This document shows, piece after piece, positions 18,743-30,095 of a DNA stretch of 64,000 nucleotides. The DNA lies in assembly GCA_963765205.1 (NCBI GenBank), contig CAVXVB010000004.1, forward strand, positions 64,001 through 128,000, read 5' to 3'. The notes beneath the pieces are model-generated. The model was not told the DNA's origin. It searched no databases and was given only the letters and a program-made list of their open reading frames with translations. The position numbers and the translations under genes were made by a program. This DNA is from an uncultured Verrucomicrobiae bacterium (GTDB taxonomy: Bacteria > Verrucomicrobiota > Verrucomicrobiia > Opitutales > JABDGR01). Within the stretch, counting starts at the first letter, position 1, and each line of letters begins with the position of its first letter.

Positions 18743-21001
18743 TCACGCCGGGGTTGAGGCGGCGGGGGGCGGGGTGGCTGGGGCGGGCGGGGGGTTGAGG
18801 GTTTGCCAGTCTTCCGGCGTATAGAGGTCCTGGTAGATGCCGTAGCGGCGGCCCGAGAGTTGGTAGAAGGGCTTAAAGTCCACTTCGTTGTTGTCGCCGC
18901 CGACGCCGGTGGCGTGGAAGACTGTCGGCACGTTCGTCGTGGCGTCGGGTTGTGCCGGGTCGTTCGTTGCCACGCGTTTTAGCCAAGTGGTGACGGGCGC
19001 GTCCGCCGCCGCGAGGAAAACGGGATACTTGGGCGCCGGCCCGCCCCGGCCGCGACCGCCGCGGCGTCCGCCGCCGCTGCCACTCGCTGCGGCCACTCCT
19101 GCTCCGCCGGCGCCGCCGCCCACGCTATTGGCGGCAGTCGCGGCGGCTTGCGCGGCTTGCTGGATATTGCGCACGTTGGGCGCGCCATAGTCTGCGCCGA
19201 GGACATAGGGGCCCCATTTGAGCGCGGTGCGCCGGGGATTGTCGGGGAGCGCTTCCTTATAGAGTGCTTTGGGCAGGGTGACTTTGACGGTGTCGCCGGT
19301 TTTCCAGGTGCGTTTTAATTCCGCATAGGTTCCGGCGTTCGGCAAATCTTTTTGCGGCGCGCCGTTGACCTTGAGCGCAAAGCCATCGCCCGCCCAGAAG
19401 GGGCGGCGCAGCGCGAGGGCGAATTCCTTGGGCGCGCCGGTGAATTTCAGCGTGGCCACGTCGGAGTCGCCGGGGACGACGTTCGTTTCGACGTTCATGC
19501 CCGCTTCTTTCCACTGCGCGGTCGAGGACGCATAGAGGTTGACCCAGAGTTTGTCGGCGGAGGCGTTATAAATTCCATAGCCGTGGAGGGCATGGTTTTC
19601 GAGGCCGGTGCCGACGCAGCACGTCATGCCGTCGCCTTGGTATTCATGGGTTACGCCGCGGCCGACGGGCACCATGTAGCAGAGCTGGCCGTCGTCAAAA
19701 TTAATGGAGGCCAGCACATGGTTGAAGAGCGCGCGCTCGTGGAACTCGGCGAATTTGTTGTCCGGGTTGAGCGCAAAAAGCAGCCGCGTCATCTTGACCA
19801 TATTGTAGACGTTGCACGATTCGCAGGTGCGGGTGTCGCCGTTGGCTTTGATGGTGCCGTCCACCTGGCCGCTGAGTTTGTCGGCGGGGCCGAAGGACTC
19901 GTCGTAGCCGTGGCCGCCGGTGGCAAAACTGTGATGATTGACGACGGCTTCCCAGAAGAATTTCGCGGCGTCACCGTCCGGCGCGTTGCCGGCGTAAACA
20001 TAGCGGGCGAGTTCGCCGAGGAGCTTGGGGATGTTGGTGTTGCCGTGTTTGCCAGCGAGGATGTCCTGGCCCTGCGCGAGGGGGTTGACGATGGCGTCGT
20101 GGTGAAAGCGTTGCGAGAGCTTAAGCCAGCGGTCGTCGCCCGTGTCGGCGTAGAGGTCGGCGAGGGATTCGTTGATGCCGCCGAACTCGGTGCCGAGCAT
20201 CCGCTGGAGTTGGGCCGGGTTGAGGCCGCCGACGATGCTTTCAATCCAAGCGGCGAATTTCAGGGAGGTGTCGAGGGCGGCGCGATTGCCCGTCTGGCGG
20301 TAGGCATCGCGCAAACCGGCGAAGAGCTTGTGCTCGACATACCAGGGCGACCACATGCCGTTGAGGTCGAAGGCGCTGGAGCGAATGTCGCCCTGGGTGA
20401 GTTGCTGGAAGAGAGTTTTGCCGTCAATCGGGCCGCCTTGGGTGCCGCGCGGAGGATTGCCCATGAGCGCGCCGATGTAGCCATCGCCCTGCTTGTCCTG
20501 CACCTCCTTGTATTCATTCACCAGGTAGGCAGCGCGGTCCTTGAACTGGGAGTCGCCGGTCGCCGCATACATATAACTGACGGCGGAAAGGTAGTGGCCG
20601 GCGATGGCCCCCGTGAGCTGGCGGCCGGGGCCTTCCCAACTGCCGTAGCCGTCATCCGCCTTGGGTGTGAGGCCCGCTCGCTCGCGGAAGCGATACATGA
20701 TGCGATCCATGTCCAGCTTGAGCAGGTTGGCCTGGCCGAGTTCCTGCGCTTTTTTGAGCGGCCCGCCGGTGAGGCGGATCGCGGAGAGCGGCAGCGGCGT
20801 CGCGGCAAAAGGGATGGCGTTGGTAATCGGGTTAACCGTGGCACCAGCGAGCGCGGGCAGGGAATCGGCGGCGCGGCCCAAGGCGCGCGTCAACAGCAAC
20901 GCAGCGGCGGCGGAAAAACTGGTGACCAGGAAATCGCGCCGGCCGCAGCAGGCGCAAAGAGCGGGGGAGGAGGAGTGGGAAGAGCGGGGCAGGGTGCTCA
21001 T
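18743..21001 (-). CDS. GH127 beta-L-arabinofuranosidase-like glycoside hydrolase, Tat-exported
   Basis: RRDFL Tat motif; GHYLSA, EFGGINE, HGNTNIPK, CESCNVYNM, TCCVGTG. Confidence 0.9.
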   Translation of the reverse strand: MSTLPRSSHSSSPALCACCGRRDFLVTSFSAAAALLLTRALGRAADSLPALAGATVNPITNAIPFAATPLPLSAIRLTGGPLKKAQELGQANLLKLDMDRIMYRFRERAGLTPKADDGYGSWEGPGRQLTGAIAGHYLSAVSYMYAATGDSQFKDRAAYLVNEYKEVQDKQGDGYIGALMGNPPRGTQGGPIDGKTLFQQLTQGDIRSSAFDLNGMWSPWYVEHKLFAGLRDAYRQTGNRAALDTSLKFAAWIESIVGGLNPAQLQRMLGTEFGGINESLADLYADTGDDRWLKLSQRFHHDAIVNPLAQGQDILAGKHGNTNIPKLLGELARYVYAGNAPDGDAAKFFWEAVVNHHSFATGGHGYDESFGPADKLSGQVDGTIKANGDTRTCESCNVYNMVKMTRLLFALNPDNKFAEFHERALFNHVLASINFDDGQLCYMVPVGRGVTHEYQGDGMTCCVGTGLENHALHGYGIYNASADKLWVNLYASSTAQWKEAGMNVETNVVPGDSDVATLKFTGAPKEFALALRRPFWAGDGFALKVNGAPQKDLPNAGTYAELKRTWKTGDTVKVTLPKALYKEALPDNPRRTALKWGPYVLGADYGAPNVRNIQQAAQAAATAANSVGGGAGGAGVAAASGSGGGRRGGRGRGGPAPKYPVFLAAADAPVTTWLKRVATNDPAQPDATTNVPTVFHATGVGGDNNEVDFKPFYQLSGRRYGIYQDLYTPEDWQTLNPPPAPATPPPAASTPA

Positions 21002-21018
21002 GGGGGGAGGGGAGGAAG

Positions 21019-21817
21019 AAAGGATGAGGGATGAGGGATGAAGCACAAAATTGCCGGTTTCTGAATTCCAAATGCCGCAGAACCGTCATTTTCCATTTTT
21101 GAAACGCGACATTACAGGCATCTAGCCAACGAAGAACTTTACGACGCAAGAGTCAAGTTTGGGAGCTATGCAGATATAATTTTCTCAGAAACCCATTTTC
21201 TCAGAAACCCTTCCGTTTTGAAATACTAACCAAATCACTCCCCCCATCCAAGGCTTCCTTCCATAGCCGATATTGTAGAACTCCCACGTCTCAATTATTC
21301 CAGGCATAGCGGATTTCTTAGACCATATGGGTTGACCCAAAGTCTGCCACTTGGGTTGACCCAAAATTCCAACCACCTCTGCTTGCGTCATGCCAACTTT
21401 AATATTGTCGTAGTTTTCTTTTGAAATCTTGGAAAAGTCTACAATCAAGACACAAGTTGCCAATGCTATGCCGAAGCTCACCAACACGATGGCAAAGACA
21501 GCCACAACGAAGTTTTTACGCCTCATGCCACTTTTTCAAAACCCTTTTTTACAAATAGGTCAACCAATTTCCAATCCGATCAATTTTGAATCTGCTTAAA
21601 ATTTATTACAATACAAAACATCACATGGCAAAAAAAAAGTCCCGGCCCGCCTAACACACATCCTGTCCACCTACGCTTGCAAATCAGCCCTCAAATGTGG
21701 AATGCGGAATGCGGAAAAATGCCGGAAATATGTATCATTTTTAGGCCCTCTTGACCGTCAGAAATCAGCACTCAGAAATCAGAAATTTCATCCTTCATCC
21801 TTCATCCCTCATCCTTT
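21019..21817. repeat. Inverted (GGATGAG)n / (TTCATCC)n arrays flanking an AT-rich gene
   Basis: 21019-21042 is the reverse complement of 21794-21817 with 1 mismatch. Confidence 0.8.
21185..21526 (-). CDS. AT-rich small exported protein, SmpA/BamE-like fold
   Basis: N-terminal hydrophobic segment; IKVGMTQAEVVGILGQP...W.FY...F.NGRV. Confidence 0.7.
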   Translation of the reverse strand: MRRKNFVVAVFAIVLVSFGIALATCVLIVDFSKISKENYDNIKVGMTQAEVVGILGQPKWQTLGQPIWSKKSAMPGIIETWEFYNIGYGRKPWMGGVIWLVFQNGRVSEKMGF

Positions 21818-21819
21818 CC

Positions 21820-22384
21820 CTAAATCAGCCCCAACTGCATCTTGCCCTCTTCGGAAATCCTGTCCTGCGACCACGGCGGGTCCCAGAGAATTTCGACTTT
21901 GGCTTCGCTCACGCCGGGGATGGCCGCGAGACGCGCGCGGGCGTCTTCCGCAATGGCCGGGCCCATGCCGCAGCCGGGGGCGGTGAGCGTCATCTGCACA
22001 TCCACGCCGTAGCGATTCTCGCCGAGTTCCTTGATTTGCAGGTTATAGATAAGGCCGAGGTCCACGATGTTGACGGGGATTTCGGGGTCAAAAACGGTTT
22101 TGAGCGCCTCCCATAACGAGTGGCTCGGCGGGTGCTTTGCCGTCGCCGGGCGGCGGCGTGGCCGCGGCGTCTGTATTCGTGGCGGTGGCCGGCTTGTCTT
22201 CGCCGAGGGCGTCGGCGTCGGCGCCGTTGATGCGGAACATGCCGTAATCGCAGACGACGGTGAAGTTGCCGCCGAGCCGGTGCGTGATGGTCACGCGCGT
22301 GCCGGCGGGGAGGTTGATGGCGTCGCCCGCGGGCACGAGCGTCGCGGTCACGTCACGGCTGAGGCTGCGCTCGCTGGGGGACAT
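21820..22384 (-). CDS. sufT: Fe-S assembly protein SufT (DUF59), frameshift near 22113
   Basis: [11 protein letters not shown]...; [31 protein letters not shown]. Confidence 0.88.
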
Positions 22385-22458
22385 GGGTTTGCGGTAGTTA
22401 AACATTTGCAAGAGGGGCAAAGGGACAAAGAGGCATAGGGACAAAGGCGGGAAGCATC

Positions 22459-23862
22459 TTACTCTGTCCCTCTGTCCCTTTGTGCCTTTGTCCCTTCGGG
22501 CTTTTCAAACTTCTCCCGCGCCAGTTTGCGCAGCAATTCCGCGAGCGCCTCGTTTTCGACTTTCTGGATGACTTCCTCGAAGAAGCCGAAGACGAGGAGT
22601 TGGTAGGCGAGGTGTTTCGGGAGGCCGCGCGTGCGGAGGTAGAAAAGTTCCTCGGGGTCGAGGCGGCTGGTCGTCGCGCCGTGCGTGCAGCGGACGTTTT
22701 GGTTCTGGATTTCGAGGCCGGGGAGCGAGTCGGCCTCGGCGGCGGGATTGAGGAGGAGGTTGCGGTTTTGCTGGTAGGCGTCCGTTTCATCCGCGCCGGG
22801 TTCGACGCGGATCATGCCGGCGAAGATCGTGCGGGCCTGGTCGAGGAGCGCGTTTTTATAGAGGAGGTTCGAGGTGCCGCGCGGGGCGGCGTGGTCCTGA
22901 AAGGTGCGCTGGTCGAATTCCTGGTCGCCGCTGGCGATGGTCAGGGCGCAGAGTTCGAGGTGCGCGCCGGGGCCGTCGAGCTTCGAGTAACTTTCGTAGC
23001 GCGCGCGCTTGGCGCCCAGGTGGACGGCGATGTTTTTCACCTCGGCGTCGCGCCCGCACATGGTGGTGTCGCACTGGTAGGCGAGGGCCTGCGCGTGGAG
23101 GTTCTGGACGCTTTTGCGGAAAACCTTCGCGCCGCGCCCGGCGATGATGGTGGCCGCGCCCGCCACCCAGGCGGAATTGCCCTGAAACGCGGAGCCATAG
23201 TAATCCAGGAAATTGATTTTCGAATTCTCGCCCGCGACGATGAGGGTGTGCGGGAAGAGCGCCGCGCCGGGCGTCGCCGTCCAATGCGCGGCGAAAAAGG
23301 TCTCGGGGATTTCGATATTCCGCGGCACATACAGGAATGTGCCGGCGCGCACATAGGCCTGGTGCAGGGCGAGAAATTTCGCGCCGCCAAGCGGATGGTC
23401 GTGGCGGAAGAGGTGTTCGCGCACGAGGTCGGGATGTTTGGCAATCGCTTCGGCGAGCGGCAGAAAAATCACCCCTTTGTGCTGCAGGTCGGTCGGCGGC
23501 GGCGCGTAATTAAAAAAAGTGTCGTCGGCAAAAGTCACCTGCCCGGCCAGCGGCGGCGCGCCGAAACCTTGAAAAACATCGGGCAGCCGGCCGCCGTATT
23601 TCGCCTGGGCGAGGACGGCGCCCGCGAGGTTCCAGCCCTTGTGCGCGGAAAAGCGCCAGCGCTCGTCCTTCTTGTCCACGCCGAGGCCTTGCAAGGAAAC
23701 ATCGCCATCGCGGTTGAGGCGCGCCCAGGCGTCGCGGCGGATTTGCTCGAGCCAAAGCGGCTCGCACGCGGCGGCCATCGCGGCGGCAAACACGGCGGCC
23801 AGCGTCGGCGAGCGGGCGGCGGCGGTGGAAGCGGGCGCAAATTCAGTGGCGGCGGAGGACAT
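22459..23862 (-). CDS. sufD: Fe-S cluster assembly protein SufD
   Basis: [19 protein letters not shown]...[16 protein letters not shown]. Confidence 0.93.
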   Translation of the reverse strand: MSSAATEFAPASTAAARSPTLAAVFAAAMAAACEPLWLEQIRRDAWARLNRDGDVSLQGLGVDKKDERWRFSAHKGWNLAGAVLAQAKYGGRLPDVFQGFGAPPLAGQVTFADDTFFNYAPPPTDLQHKGVIFLPLAEAIAKHPDLVREHLFRHDHPLGGAKFLALHQAYVRAGTFLYVPRNIEIPETFFAAHWTATPGAALFPHTLIVAGENSKINFLDYYGSAFQGNSAWVAGAATIIAGRGAKVFRKSVQNLHAQALAYQCDTTMCGRDAEVKNIAVHLGAKRARYESYSKLDGPGAHLELCALTIASGDQEFDQRTFQDHAAPRGTSNLLYKNALLDQARTIFAGMIRVEPGADETDAYQQNRNLLLNPAAEADSLPGLEIQNQNVRCTHGATTSRLDPEELFYLRTRGLPKHLAYQLLVFGFFEEVIQKVENEALAELLRKLAREKFEKPEGTKAQRDRGTE

Positions 23863-23970
23863 GGAGGAATTTCTGAATGCTGAATTCTGATTGCTGGGAA
23901 ATGGGCGGTTAGATGACGATGGCTGATGGCTTGCTGCGCCGATTGCTTCATTCAGCAATCAGGACTCCAC

Positions 23971-25395
23971 TCAGCCGACGCTGCCTTCCATCTCGAGTTC
24001 GATCAGGCGCTTTAGCTCGACGCTGTATTCCATCGGGAATTCGCGGACAAGGTCGTTGATGAAGCCGTTGACGGAGAGACTCATGGCGGCGGCTTCGCTG
24101 AGGCCGCGGCTGCGCATGTAGAAGATCTGCTCGGCGCTGACTTTCGAGACGCTGGCCTCGTGCTGCACGGAGTTGCCTTCGCCGCGCACCGTGATGGCCG
24201 GGTAGGTGTCGGTGCGCGAATTCGCGTTGATGAGCAGGGCGTCGCACTCGGTGTTGTTCCGGCAATTTTTCAGGTGCTTGGGAATTTGCACGAGACCGCG
24301 GTAGGTCGAGCGTCCTTTTCCGACAGAGATGGATTTGGCGACGATGTTCGACGTGGTCTCGTCGGCGGCGTGGATCATTTTCGCGCCGGTGTCCTGGTGC
24401 TGGCCGTCGTTGGCCAGCGCGATGGAGAGCACCTCGCCGCGCGCCTTGCGGCCCTTGAGGATGACGCCGGGGTATTTCATCGTCAGGCGTGAGCCGATGT
24501 TGCAGTCAATCCAGCGGATTTCCGCCTCCTCGTGCGCGAGGCCGCGCTTGGTGACGAGGTTGAAAACGTTGTTCGACCAGTTCTGCACGGTGATATACTG
24601 GATTTTCGCGCCCTTAAGCGCGACCAGCTCGACCACGGCGGAGTGCAGCGTCGCCGTTTCGAATTTCGGCGCGGTGCAGCCTTCCATGTAGGTGACTTCC
24701 GCGCCCTCGTCGGCAATGATGAGGGTGCGCTCGAACTGGCCGAAGTTTTCGGCGTTGATACGGAAATACGCCTGCAACGGCTGCTTCACCTTCACGCCTT
24801 TGGGCACGTAGATGAATGAGCCGCCGGAAAAGACGGCGCTGTTGAGCGCGGAGAATTTGTTGTCCGTGGTCGGGATGATCTTGCCGAACCACGGGCGGAA
24901 AATTTCCGCGTGCTCCTTGAGGCCCTCGGTCGGGCCGACGAAGATGACGCCGAGTTTCGACAGGCCCTCCTTCATGCGCGAATAGGCGGCCTCGCTGTCG
25001 AACTGCGCCTCGACCCCTGCGAGGAATTTGCGCTCCTGCTCGGGAATGCCCAGGCGCTCGAAGGTGTTTTTCATCGCCGCGGGCACGTCGTCCCACGAGC
25101 GGCTGGGTTTTTGGCCCTGCGAGAGGTAGTAGCGGATTTTCGAGAAATCAATCGCCTCCAAATCCTTGGTCGCCCAGTGCGTGGGCAGGGGCTTGGACTC
25201 AAAAGTGTCGAGGGCCTTGTGGCGGAACTCGCGCACCCACGGCGCTTCGCCCTTCACCTCGGCGATGTAGTCAATGGTCGCGGGGGTCAGGCCCACGCCC
25301 GCGTCAAAAGCGTAGTTGGTCTCGTAGCGGAAATTGCCCTTCTCGCGGTCCAGTTCAATCTGGGCCGTGGTGGCGGTGTCGGTATCGGTGAGCAT
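23971..25395 (-). CDS. sufB: Fe-S cluster assembly protein SufB
   Basis: [37 protein letters not shown]. Confidence 0.97.
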   Translation of the reverse strand: MLTDTDTATTAQIELDREKGNFRYETNYAFDAGVGLTPATIDYIAEVKGEAPWVREFRHKALDTFESKPLPTHWATKDLEAIDFSKIRYYLSQGQKPSRSWDDVPAAMKNTFERLGIPEQERKFLAGVEAQFDSEAAYSRMKEGLSKLGVIFVGPTEGLKEHAEIFRPWFGKIIPTTDNKFSALNSAVFSGGSFIYVPKGVKVKQPLQAYFRINAENFGQFERTLIIADEGAEVTYMEGCTAPKFETATLHSAVVELVALKGAKIQYITVQNWSNNVFNLVTKRGLAHEEAEIRWIDCNIGSRLTMKYPGVILKGRKARGEVLSIALANDGQHQDTGAKMIHAADETTSNIVAKSISVGKGRSTYRGLVQIPKHLKNCRNNTECDALLINANSRTDTYPAITVRGEGNSVQHEASVSKVSAEQIFYMRSRGLSEAAAMSLSVNGFINDLVREFPMEYSVELKRLIELEMEGSVG

Positions 25396-25433
25396 GGAAA
25401 GGGGGAGTGTTCTAGTCTTTAGTTTCTTAGTTC

Positions 25434-26201
25434 TTAGTTTTTGACGGCTGGGGCCAATTCCTTCGTCACCCAGTCATACCCGCGGGCCTCCAGTTCGTGC
25501 GCGAGTTCCTTGCCGCCGGATTTGACCAGACGGCCGTCCCACATGACGTGGACCACGTCGGGCACAATGTAGTCGAGCAGGCGTTGGTAGTGGGTGATGA
25601 CCAGCACGCCCAACCGCGGCCCGCGCATCAGATTGACTCCCTCGGCGACGATCTTCAGCGCGTCAATGTCGAGGCCGGAGTCGGTCTCGTCCATGATGGC
25701 GTAGGCGGGTGCGAGCATCATCATCTGCAAAATCTCGCAACGCTTGCGCTCGCCGCCCGAAAAGCCCTCGTTGAGGGAGCGGGCGGTGAACTTGCGGTCC
25801 ATCTTGAGCAGGTCCATTTTCTCGTGCAGCCTCTTATAATAGGCAGTGGCGGCGATTTCCTCGCCTTCCGGCAGGCGGGCCTGGATCGCCGCGCGCAGAA
25901 AGTTGGCAATCGAGACGCCGGGAATCTCGCACGGGTATTGGAAAGCAAGAAACAGGCCCAGCCGCGCACGCGCGTCGGGTTCGAGGCCGAGCAGCGGCTG
26001 GCCATCCAAAAAGACCTCGCCGCTGGTAATCGTATAGTCCTCATGCCCGGCGAGGGCCTTAGCAAGGGTGCTCTTGCCGGTGCCGTTTGGCCCCATGATG
26101 GCGTGAACCTCGCCCTTGGGGATGGAGAGGGAGAAATCCTTCAGGATCAGGCGGTCGCCGACGCTGACGGAGAGATGGCGGATGTCGAGGGAGGGAGGCA
26201 T
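25434..26201 (-). CDS. sufC: Fe-S cluster assembly ATPase SufC
   Basis: [30 protein letters not shown]. Confidence 0.97.
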   Translation of the reverse strand: MPPSLDIRHLSVSVGDRLILKDFSLSIPKGEVHAIMGPNGTGKSTLAKALAGHEDYTITSGEVFLDGQPLLGLEPDARARLGLFLAFQYPCEIPGVSIANFLRAAIQARLPEGEEIAATAYYKRLHEKMDLLKMDRKFTARSLNEGFSGGERKRCEILQMMMLAPAYAIMDETDSGLDIDALKIVAEGVNLMRGPRLGVLVITHYQRLLDYIVPDVVHVMWDGRLVKSGGKELAHELEARGYDWVTKELAPAVKN

Positions 26202-26304
26202 GGAAAGGAAGTTAGAATCCAGAATCCAGAAGTTAGAAGGTGAACAAATGCAGGTCTGAGAAGAGAGAATGATTTCGTAAACAAGGTGGGTTTCATGCTG
26301 GCTT

Positions 26305-26757
26305 CTAACTTCTAGCTTCCGACTTCTGCATTTTACTCGCCGCCGCTTTTCCATGAAACGACACCTCAATGTGCTCCGCTTCATAACCGGGAGGGAGGAG
26401 CTGCTTCAGGCCGGACATGAAGTCGCCGGGTACGTCAATGTCGAGGACGCGGCCGGTCACCTGGTCGTGAAAATGGGCGTGTTCGCGCAGGTTGGGGCAA
26501 TAGCGGGAGGGTTCGCGCTCGATGTTGACCTGGCGCACCAGGCCGGCGCCGACCAGCGTTTCGAGGCAGTTGTAAACCGTGGCCAGGGAGATGGCGGGCA
26601 TAGTGGCGCGGGCGCGGGCGTAAACCTCGTCCGCAGTGGGGTGGTCGCGCTTGTCGAGCAGGACAGAGAAGATGTGCTCGCGCTGGCGCGTCGAACGCTG
26701 GCCGGCGCGCGCAAGGGCGTCGCCGAGAGCGTTTTTGGCGGTGGGGGCAAGTTTCAT
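26305..26757 (-). CDS. Fur-family regulator, Irr-like (no CxxC motifs)
   Basis: [33 protein letters not shown]. Confidence 0.88.
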   Translation of the reverse strand: MKLAPTAKNALGDALARAGQRSTRQREHIFSVLLDKRDHPTADEVYARARATMPAISLATVYNCLETLVGAGLVRQVNIEREPSRYCPNLREHAHFHDQVTGRVLDIDVPGDFMSGLKQLLPPGYEAEHIEVSFHGKAAASKMQKSEARS

Positions 26758-26795
26758 GGCGAGAGGGCAAAGCCTTTGGAGAGCCGCCCAACATA

Positions 26796-26812
26796 ATTGG
26801 AATGATTCCAAA
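26796..26812. promoter_or_regulatory. ICE-like palindrome upstream of the regulator-suf operon
   Basis: TTTGGAATCATTCCAAT (minus strand) vs the Irr ICE consensus TTTRGAAYNRTTCYAAA, 1 mismatch. Confidence 0.65.
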
Positions 26813-27253
26813 AATCAATAGCGATTGCGCTAAAATCCGAGATATATTTTGAACGGTTTGGGCAATTGGACAGACTTGTTGCTTTTTCAGTGTCCTTGGT
26901 TAGGGTGTGGCCATCGCTCAAGAATCGGCTTTTCTTTCGTTTGGCTCTCCGGCTCAATTTCGGCCGCGATCTAACAGAAGTTGGTTCCAGTTTTTCACGA
27001 ATTCGCCGTCAAAACCGCGAGACAACTTACAAATACTAAACATGAGTTCACTATATATTAACACCATTTTAAGGCCATTTTTGCGTGATTTTGCCCATAA
27101 AAATTAAAAAATAGAGGCTTGCAGGCCAAAACTTGATTTGACTAGCCTTATGTTTGAACGACTCGTTCGCTCCGCAAGTCTGGATTATACGAAGCTCCTA
27201 AGTCGCATTTTCCCCATATTTGGGCATTTTTGCATCAAAAAACACATAACATC

Positions 27254-27826
27254 GTGGACATCAAAGACATAAAGAACATAATTGACTTGATGAAGCGCTA
27301 CGGACTCACCGAGTTCGAGCTGGAGGAGGGGACTTTCAAAATCCGCCTTCGCCGGGATGGGCATGTGGCCGTCAGCAACGGCAAACATTCCGCGCCGCCG
27401 TTTGTAGTCGAGACGCCGTTGGGCTTGGGCACCGGGATACCGGGTGCGCCGCTTATACCTGTGGCGGTTGCACCGGTTCCGGTCGCCACCGGAAACTCGA
27501 CGCCACCCTTTGTTCCTGCGGTCGCGCCCGCTCCCGCTCCAGCCGCGCCGGCGTTCCCGGCCGCGCCTGCTGCCGACGAGCCGGGGGTGCAGGTCATCAA
27601 ATCTCCCATGGTCGGCACGTTTTACCGTTCGCCGAACCCAGACGCCAAATCCTTCGTGGAGGACGGCTCGGCGGTCCAGGCCGACACCGTGGTCTGCATC
27701 ATCGAAGCGATGAAGCTGATGAATGAAATCCATGCCGAGGTCAAAGGCACCATCGTCGCCTGCCTGGCCGAGAACGGCAAACCGGTCGAATACGGCCAGC
27801 CGCTCTTCAAAGTCAGGGTTGGGTAG
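27254..27826 (+). CDS. accB: Acetyl-CoA carboxylase biotin carboxyl carrier protein
   Basis: [19 protein letters not shown]. Confidence 0.96.
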   Translation: MDIKDIKNIIDLMKRYGLTEFELEEGTFKIRLRRDGHVAVSNGKHSAPPFVVETPLGLGTGIPGAPLIPVAVAPVPVATGNSTPPFVPAVAPAPAPAAPAFPAAPAADEPGVQVIKSPMVGTFYRSPNPDAKSFVEDGSAVQADTVVCIIEAMKLMNEIHAEVKGTIVACLAENGKPVEYGQPLFKVRVG

Positions 27827-27974
27827 CCCTCAATTACGAAATTCGAATTACGAATTACTAAACCATTCTCCGCGAGTGACTTGAGCGATTGAGTTGGGCC
27901 GTCTGGGTGGTCATTCCCGCAAGTGCTTTTTGTTTCGTAATTCGTTATTCGAGTTTCATTACTTTTCTTCCCCC

Positions 27975-29360
27975 ATGTTCCAAAAAGTCCTCATTGCCAA
28001 CCGCGGCGAGATCGCCCTGCGCGTCGTGCGCGCCTGCCGTGAGCTGGGCATCAAGACCATTGCGGTGTATTCCGAGGCGGACGAGCAATCGCTCCACGTC
28101 CAGATGGCCGACGAGGCGATTTGCATCGGCCCGGCGGCCTCGAAGGACAGCTACTTGCGCCCCGACCGCATCATTTCCGCCGCTGAAATCTCGGATGTGG
28201 ACGCCATCCACCCCGGCTACGGCTTTTTGGCGGAAAATGCGACTTTCGCGGAGATGTGTGAGAAGGCGAACATCAAGTTCATCGGCCCCCGCGCCAACGT
28301 CATCAGCCTCATGGGCGACAAGTCGAAGGCCAAGGAGGCCGCGCGCCGCGCCAAGGTCCCCGTCGTCCCCGGCAGCGACGGCCCGGTCGAAAGCGAGAAG
28401 GACGCCATCGCCATCGCGCAGAAAATCGGCTTCCCGGTGATCATCAAGGCCGTCGCCGGCGGCGGCGGCAAGGGGATGCGTCTGGCCCACAACGCCATGT
28501 CCTGCGCCCGGGAATTCGACACCGCCCGGCACGAGGCCGAAAAGGCCTTCGGCAACGGCTCGGTCTATCTCGAAAAATTCATCGAAGACCCCCGCCACAT
28601 CGAGTTTCAAATCCTCGCCGACCAGCACGGCAAGGTGCTCCACCTCGGCGAGCGCGACTGCTCCGTCCAGCGCCGGTTTCAAAAACTGATCGAGGAATCG
28701 CCCTCGCCGTTCCTGACGCCCGGCCTGCGCGCGCTGATGGGCAAGATGTCCGTCCGCCTCGCCGAAAGCGTCGGCTACCAGAACGCCGGCACCATGGAAT
28801 ACCTCGTGGACAAGCACGGGGACTACTACTTCATGGAGATGAACACGCGCATCCAGGTCGAGCACGGCGTGACGGAGGAAGTGCTCGACCGCGACCTCGT
28901 CAAGCGCCAGATCCGCATCGCGATGGGCGAGAAGCTCGAACTCGAGCAGAAGCACCTCCTCTTTACGCGCCACGCCATCGAATGCCGCATCAACGCCGAG
29001 GATCCCTCGCGCAACTTCGCGCCCTGCCCCGGCGAAATCGGCCTGTATTATCCCCCCGGCGGCCACGGCGTCCGCGTGGACTCGCATTGCTACTCGGGCT
29101 ACCGCATCTCGCCGCACTACGACAGCATGATCGGCAAAGTCATCACCTTCGCCCGCACCCGCGAGCTGGCCATTGACCGCATGTATCGCGCCCTGTCGGA
29201 ATACCTCGTGCGCGGCATCGCGACGACCATCCCCTTCTGCGCCGCCGTCATGCAAGACCCGATTTTCCGCCAAGGCCGCGCCACCACCCGCTACGTCGAG
29301 GAATTCATGGCTCGCGTGCCGAAGGACCTCTACGCGGCGAATCCCCACCCCGCGCCGTAA
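27975..29360 (+). CDS. accC: Biotin carboxylase
   Basis: [39 protein letters not shown]. Confidence 0.97.
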   Translation: MFQKVLIANRGEIALRVVRACRELGIKTIAVYSEADEQSLHVQMADEAICIGPAASKDSYLRPDRIISAAEISDVDAIHPGYGFLAENATFAEMCEKANIKFIGPRANVISLMGDKSKAKEAARRAKVPVVPGSDGPVESEKDAIAIAQKIGFPVIIKAVAGGGGKGMRLAHNAMSCAREFDTARHEAEKAFGNGSVYLEKFIEDPRHIEFQILADQHGKVLHLGERDCSVQRRFQKLIEESPSPFLTPGLRALMGKMSVRLAESVGYQNAGTMEYLVDKHGDYYFMEMNTRIQVEHGVTEEVLDRDLVKRQIRIAMGEKLELEQKHLLFTRHAIECRINAEDPSRNFAPCPGEIGLYYPPGGHGVRVDSHCYSGYRISPHYDSMIGKVITFARTRELAIDRMYRALSEYLVRGIATTIPFCAAVMQDPIFRQGRATTRYVEEFMARVPKDLYAANPHPAP

Positions 29361-29373
29361 GCGAAAGCCAGAT

Positions 29374-29453
29374 TGAACTTTCAACGCTTAACTTTTAACG
29401 TTTAACGCTCAATCCTTAAACGTTAAGCGTTGAGTGTTAAACGTTGAGCGTTT
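29374..29453. repeat. Abutting inverted (AACGYTY)n heptamer arrays
   Basis: tcaacgcttaacttttaacgtttaacgctcaa tcc ttaaacgttaagcgttgagtgttaaacgttgagcgtt; same family at 17235-17271 and 47179-47288. Confidence 0.8.
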
Positions 29454-29470
29454 GCTCTTGGGAATTGTCC

Positions 29471-30040
29471 ATGCCGCGCTTGTTCCTCATCCGCCACGGT
29501 GAAACCGCCTGGGCTGTCACCGGCCAGCACACCTCACGCACCGATTTGCCGCTGACCGAACACGGCCGCGCGCGCGCCGCCACGCTCCCGGAGCGCCTGG
29601 CGAACCACACTTTTGCCCTCGTGCTGACCAGCCCGCGCCTGCGCGCGCGCCAAACTGCGGAACTGGCCGGTTTCCCGCACGCCGAAGTTTGCGAAGACCT
29701 CCGCGAATTCGACTACGGCGACTACGAAGGTCTCACCAAGCCGCAAATCCTGGCCCGCGCCCCCGGCTGGAATATTTTCAAGGACGGCTGCCCCGGCGGC
29801 GAGACCCCCGCGCAAGTCGTCGCGCGCGCGCAAAACATCGCGGTCCGCGCCCGCGCGACCGCCGGCGACACGCTCGTCTTCACCCACGGCCACCTCGGCC
29901 GCATCCTCGCCGCCACCTGGCTCGGCCAGTCGGTTACCTTCGGCGCCCAACTCGCCCTCGACACCGCAACCCTCAACATTCTCGCCGACGAAGGCTCCCG
30001 GCCGTTTATTCAGATATGGAATGCGGGTGGGGAGGGTTGA
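29471..30040 (+). CDS. Histidine phosphatase (phosphoglycerate mutase-like)
   Basis: LIRHGETAW, SPRLRARQT, E.DYG.YEG, THG. Confidence 0.92.
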   Translation: MPRLFLIRHGETAWAVTGQHTSRTDLPLTEHGRARAATLPERLANHTFALVLTSPRLRARQTAELAGFPHAEVCEDLREFDYGDYEGLTKPQILARAPGWNIFKDGCPGGETPAQVVARAQNIAVRARATAGDTLVFTHGHLGRILAATWLGQSVTFGAQLALDTATLNILADEGSRPFIQIWNAGGEG

Positions 30041-30095
30041 CCCAAATAGTTTTTATCGGGGGTTGGGTGGCTTCCGTAAATTGCATTGCCACGAT

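Noticed and set aside
26820..27250. ncRNA or tRNA in the AT-rich gap between the regulator and accB
   Set aside because: No cloverleaf or known motif seen; consistent with divergent promoters
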